A stretch of DNA of 64,000 bases, taken from Vicugna vicugna (taxonomy: Eukaryota). The stretch lies in the NCBI GenBank assembly GCA_013265495.1, contig MU058716.1, positions 254,264-318,263 on the forward strand. Direction: 5' to 3'. Shown here piece by piece: positions 60,301-64,000 of the stretch. A program made the translations under genes and the position numbers. Within the stretch, counting starts at the first letter, position 1, and each line of letters begins with the position of its first letter. The notes below the pieces were generated by a model. The model was not told where the DNA came from. It was given only the letters and a program-made list of their open reading frames with translations, and ran no database searches.

Positions 60301-61248
60301 CGGGACCTGTGAGAGTGTCCCTTCTCAGTGTCGAGCCAGCATTCCTTTCACGTGACTCACCTTCCCTTCCTGCCGCCTTGCTGATCCATCTCTCCTCCTA
60401 CTGCCCTTTCTGCATGGGAATGCCCCCCACTCATCACCTGGCTTGACCTGCAGGTCACCGGGTCAGGGTTCAACTCCGGTGCCACCCTCCCCGGCAGGCT
60501 CTGCCTCCTCTGGCATCTGCCCCCAAGGCTTCCTGTTGTTTTAACTCTCATCACACGGTGTTGAAATGGCCTGTTGGTTTCATTATTTTCCCTGTTTTGA
60601 TTTATCTTCGAATCTGTGTTCCCACAGAGCAGGTGCTTGGGGCTCAAAAAAGTGTTCTCAGAAGGATGAGTCAGTGCACCTGCTCCCTGGACGGATGGAG
60701 CTCTCCCGCCCGAACGCCCCGCACCCTCTGGGGCCCTCCACAAACTGTCTGCTCCTGTTCCTCCTCCTCCACGTCTTCCTGTCCAAGGAGCTGCCTGGCA
60801 CAGGAGGAAGAGGACACACAAGTTGTTCACAGGCATCATCTGCGGGAAGACTCGGGCTGTGCAGCAGTGGCAGCAGTGGCCTCTGGGGAGCAGGGAGGAC
60901 GTGACCGCGCATTCTTTCCATTCTCTTTAATTTCTTATAGTGCTGTATTTTGTAGTAAGAAAATACTTTCTTTTCTTTTTTGTTTTTTAGTTAGAGCGCT
61001 AGACCAAGGCTGAAAGCGCTTGGTTTCAGGCAGAATAGCAAGATGTCATCTGTCTAGAAGAAAAAGAGCAAGAAAAACATGTATTTGTACAAATCTCTCT
61101 CCACGGACATGTAACAAATGGACAGTGTCAGTCGCCTCCAGGGAGGGGAGCAAGAGGCTGGGGAAGCAGACTCTTCACCGAATTTCCAAGTATGTTTTGG
61201 ATTTTGAACCTTGTGCAGAAGAGTAGTGATCCAAAAGAGCCGAGCTTG

Positions 61249-61340
61249 GGAGGTGGGTGGATATAGCTCAGGGATGGCGTGTGTGCTTAGCAGGCGTGAG
61301 GTCCTGGTTCAGTCCTCAGTACTTCCATTAAAAGAAAAAA
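61249..61340 (+). mobile_element. tRNA-derived SINE (Vic-1-like, short form)
   Basis: atatagctcag...gtgcttagcaggcgtgaggtcctggttcagtcctcagtacttccattaaaa; TSD-like aaaagagccgagcttg / aaaaaagctgagtttg. Confidence 0.8.
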
Positions 61341-62012
61341 GCTGAGTTTGACCTCTAGCCCTCCGGAGACTGAGGGAGCCTCACTGCTGTGAAGTGGAGA
61401 AAGCAGATCGGATGTCGCGAGGTGGGTGCAGGGGTGGGCGGTGCCACCTGGAGGCAGGCCGCCCCGGCCCGCTGTGGCCCAGCGCTCCGGCCCCCGCTCC
61501 CCTGCTCGGCCTCCAGCCGTGGCTGCCAGCGCCCCCCAGCCCCGGCGGCCTTGGGAGCACAGCCAACAGCGTGGAGGGGAAGCCGCACCTGGAGGGCCTG
61601 GGCATCGTGAAGCAGCCAGCCCTACAGTTTTCAACCACACAGATTGGTTTTGCTTCATGACTGCTTCCTTAGAACAGCGCTGGGAAAAGCTGCGCTGGGC
61701 CCGTCCCAAACCACGTTCCTGGCGTGGCCGGCGACATTCAGGATGGTGTCTCTGGGAAAATCAAAAGTCAAAATCTCCGGCAACTTCCTAGGATTTGGTC
61801 TGGAAGAAACAACTGTTTGGGTTGAGTTTCTAAAGGGCTGTCATCATCGCGACCTTCGGGCTGTTTGAGGCAGGAAGAGGAGCGTAATTCAACCATGTAT
61901 TTGCCCCTTCACATCTGCCTGCGTGTCGCTGTGGCCCTGTGGATCTTGCTCATGGGTGTGCGTGTTGGTGAGAAGTCCGATGCTGAGGGAGACACCTGCA
62001 GTGTTGCTGCGG

Positions 62013-62215
62013 ACAGGGCTGTCAGATCTGGCAGATAAAAATACAGCTTAAAAAAAAAGACAGATTTAATACCAGTTAAATCAAAATCCCAGATACACAG
62101 TGACTGTTTTTACTATAGTACATCCCATGCAGTATCTGGGACACACATGAAAAGTTACTCATTGTTTTTGTCTAAGTATGTTCCACCGTGGCTGTCCGCC
62201 CTCTGTCACCTTTCT
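62013..62215 (+). mobile_element. MER53-like hAT DNA transposon (MITE)
   Basis: cagggctgtcagatctggcagataaaaatacag...ccagttaaat...tcccatgcagtatctgggaca resembles the MER53 palindromic consensus. Confidence 0.7.
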
Positions 62216-62735
62216 GTCTCTAGAGCTGGGGGGCAGTCACTTGATCAACACACCCTTGTTCCAGGGCAGCACTGTAGCTTGAATTCCCCTCCTTCGTTTA
62301 CTCCCAATTTGGATTTTCCTGGTTCAGAACCATCACTTTCTTAATTTTTGAAAAACTTCCACCACTGACACAGCATTTGGCTTTTTAAAGGGCTATTTTC
62401 TACAAAGCTACTAGTCTGTCTGTCTGTCTTCCTTCCTTCCTTTCTTCCTTCCTTCCTTTCATGTTTGTGGTTATGTCTTCTTCATTTTTTTTTAATAGAC
62501 TTCATTTTAAAAAGCAGTTTTAGGTTCAGCAAAGCTGAGGAGGAGAAGGCACAGAGGTTTCCCAAGTACCCCCGTCCCCACAGATGCACGGCTGTCCCCA
62601 TTACGGACACCCTCCATGGGGCGGTACATCTGCTCCCAGGGAAGAGCCCACGCTGACACGCCACCATCACCCAGAGCCCGTACTTCACATGGGGTTCACT
62701 CTTGATGTTGTACATTCTGTGGGTTTGGACAGATG

Positions 62736-62892
62736 TTTTGGGGTTTTGTTGTTTTGTTTTTTGGTTTGTTTTGGGGAGGGAGTAACTAGGTTTATTTATT
62801 TATTAGTTTATTTTTAATGGAGGTACTGGGGATTGAACCCGGGACCTTGTGCATGCTAGGCAAGCACTCTACCCCTGAGCTGCACCCCACCC
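62736..62892 (-). mobile_element. tRNA-derived SINE (Vic-1-like) inserted in an L1MC-like remnant (about 62490-63005)
   Basis: ggaggtactggggattgaacccgggaccttgtgcatgctaggcaagcactctacc; TSD tggac(a/t)gatgttt. Confidence 0.87.
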
Positions 62893-63589
62893 TGGACTGA
62901 TGTTTAATGACATACAGTGTACATCACTGTAGTTTCATACTGAGTATTTTCCCTGCCTGTGCCCTCCCTGCCGCCCTGAAGCCCCTGGCAGCCGCTGATC
63001 TTCTTACAAAGCTACTTATCTTTTAAAAGTGATCTAAGTCCCGCACATACTCAGGCTAAAGGTTACTTCCCTCCTGAGTGTCGGGATGAGAAGATTGAGC
63101 TGGGTTTCAGCTGCTGGGAGGTCAGCAAGGTGGGGGGGGGTGTCACTGGGGGCCCCAAGGTTCTGGGTCTGGGTGTGTGACACGCACCCAGACAGCCCTG
63201 CGAGGAGGCCCACAGCGCTGTTGTTCCGGGGCTGGAGAGGGGGTGGCCGGGGCCCAGAGCCCACAGTCACTCAGCTACTGAGGGGCTGAGCAAGACCTGG
63301 CAGTCAGGTTTCCGAACAATCCTTCCAGCCTCCTGGTGGGGTGACCCGCTGCCACACACCTCCCCCCTCAGGGGAGTCTGGAAGGAAACTCTCCCATGAG
63401 GAAGGGGTGGGCAGGCTGGGGAGGGAGTTAAGAGGACACCCCTTTTGCTTTATTTGTTTGTGTATTATTCGACTGTGGTCCAGGGCCAGTATATTACCTT
63501 GGTAATTTAAGAAGCAACAAAATATTAAAATCAATCAATACAAATAAATATCTGAGGCCTAAGAGAAAATCAAAGAAATGGAGGCGCAC

Positions 63590-64000
63590 AGGGGCTCCCT
63601 TCTCTCCACGTCTCGCCAGCCTTTGTCACTGCTCTTTTCCATGACGGCCGTTCTGACAGGTGTGAGGTGGGGTCTCACTGTGGCTTTGATGTGTGTTTCC
63701 CTGACGTCGGTGATGGGTTGAGCAGCTTTCGTGCTCCTGTTGGCCATCTGCATTTCCTCTTTTCAAGAGATGTCTGTTCAGTTCTTCTGGCCATATTTTA
63801 AATGGGCTGTTTGCTTTTTAATTGAAGTACAGTTGATTTTAAATGTATTAGTTTCTGGTGTACAGCATGGATGAACTTGGAGGGCGTTATGCTGAGTGAA
63901 ATAGTCAGACAAATATGGTAAGATATCACTTACATGGGGAGTCTAAAAATACACAACAAACTGGTGACTGTAACGGAAAAGAAACAGACTCAGATGCAGA
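63590..64000. mobile_element. L1 fragments: antisense 63590-63866, sense from about 63866 to the window end
   Basis: ctgacaggtgtgaggtgg...ttggccatctg (minus), then catggatgaacttggagggcgttatgctgagtgaaat (plus). Confidence 0.75.

Noticed and set aside
59428..61013. Long ORFs of 149-218 aa downstream of CUL2
   Set aside because: No recognisable domain, low-complexity composition, overlap with L2-like remnants, and no exon-like splice context.
56645..62892. tRNA-like A/B-box sequences as possible tRNA genes
   Set aside because: They have AT-rich tails, TSD-like flanks and divergence typical of SINE copies, with no intact cloverleaf.

Overview
Mammalian genomic DNA, most likely from a camelid (camel, alpaca or llama), judged from five copies of a tRNA-derived SINE resembling camelid Vic-1. 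The + strand carries the 3' portion of cullin-2 (CUL2) as 18 coding exons. They match human exons 4-21 (numbering from recall) and span 5122-48487: 2016 nt, 671 codons plus TGA, about residues 75-745. All splice phases are consistent and there are no stops or frameshifts. A short 3' UTR with poly(A) signals near 48.9 kb follows, then about 15 kb of apparently intergenic, repeat-rich sequence. The start codon and promoter lie upstream of the window. Introns contain L1, L2/MIR, MaLR/ERV LTR and SINE copies plus several GC-rich minisatellites; a MER53 copy lies downstream of the gene. The most notable observations are: (1) a 32-bp minisatellite that has amplified the exon-4 splice donor six times, with one copy in frame (+54 aa) and three frameshifting; (2) an 81-nt, stop-free, in-frame GC-AG intron next to an exon with a rare GAG acceptor; (3) a tailless, near-perfect 5'-half tRNA-Lys(CTT) retrocopy with a 17-bp target-site duplication; (4) an AT->GC bias in amino-acid changes and patchy GC3, suggesting GC-biased gene conversion. 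No prokaryotic-type system (CRISPR etc.) is present.
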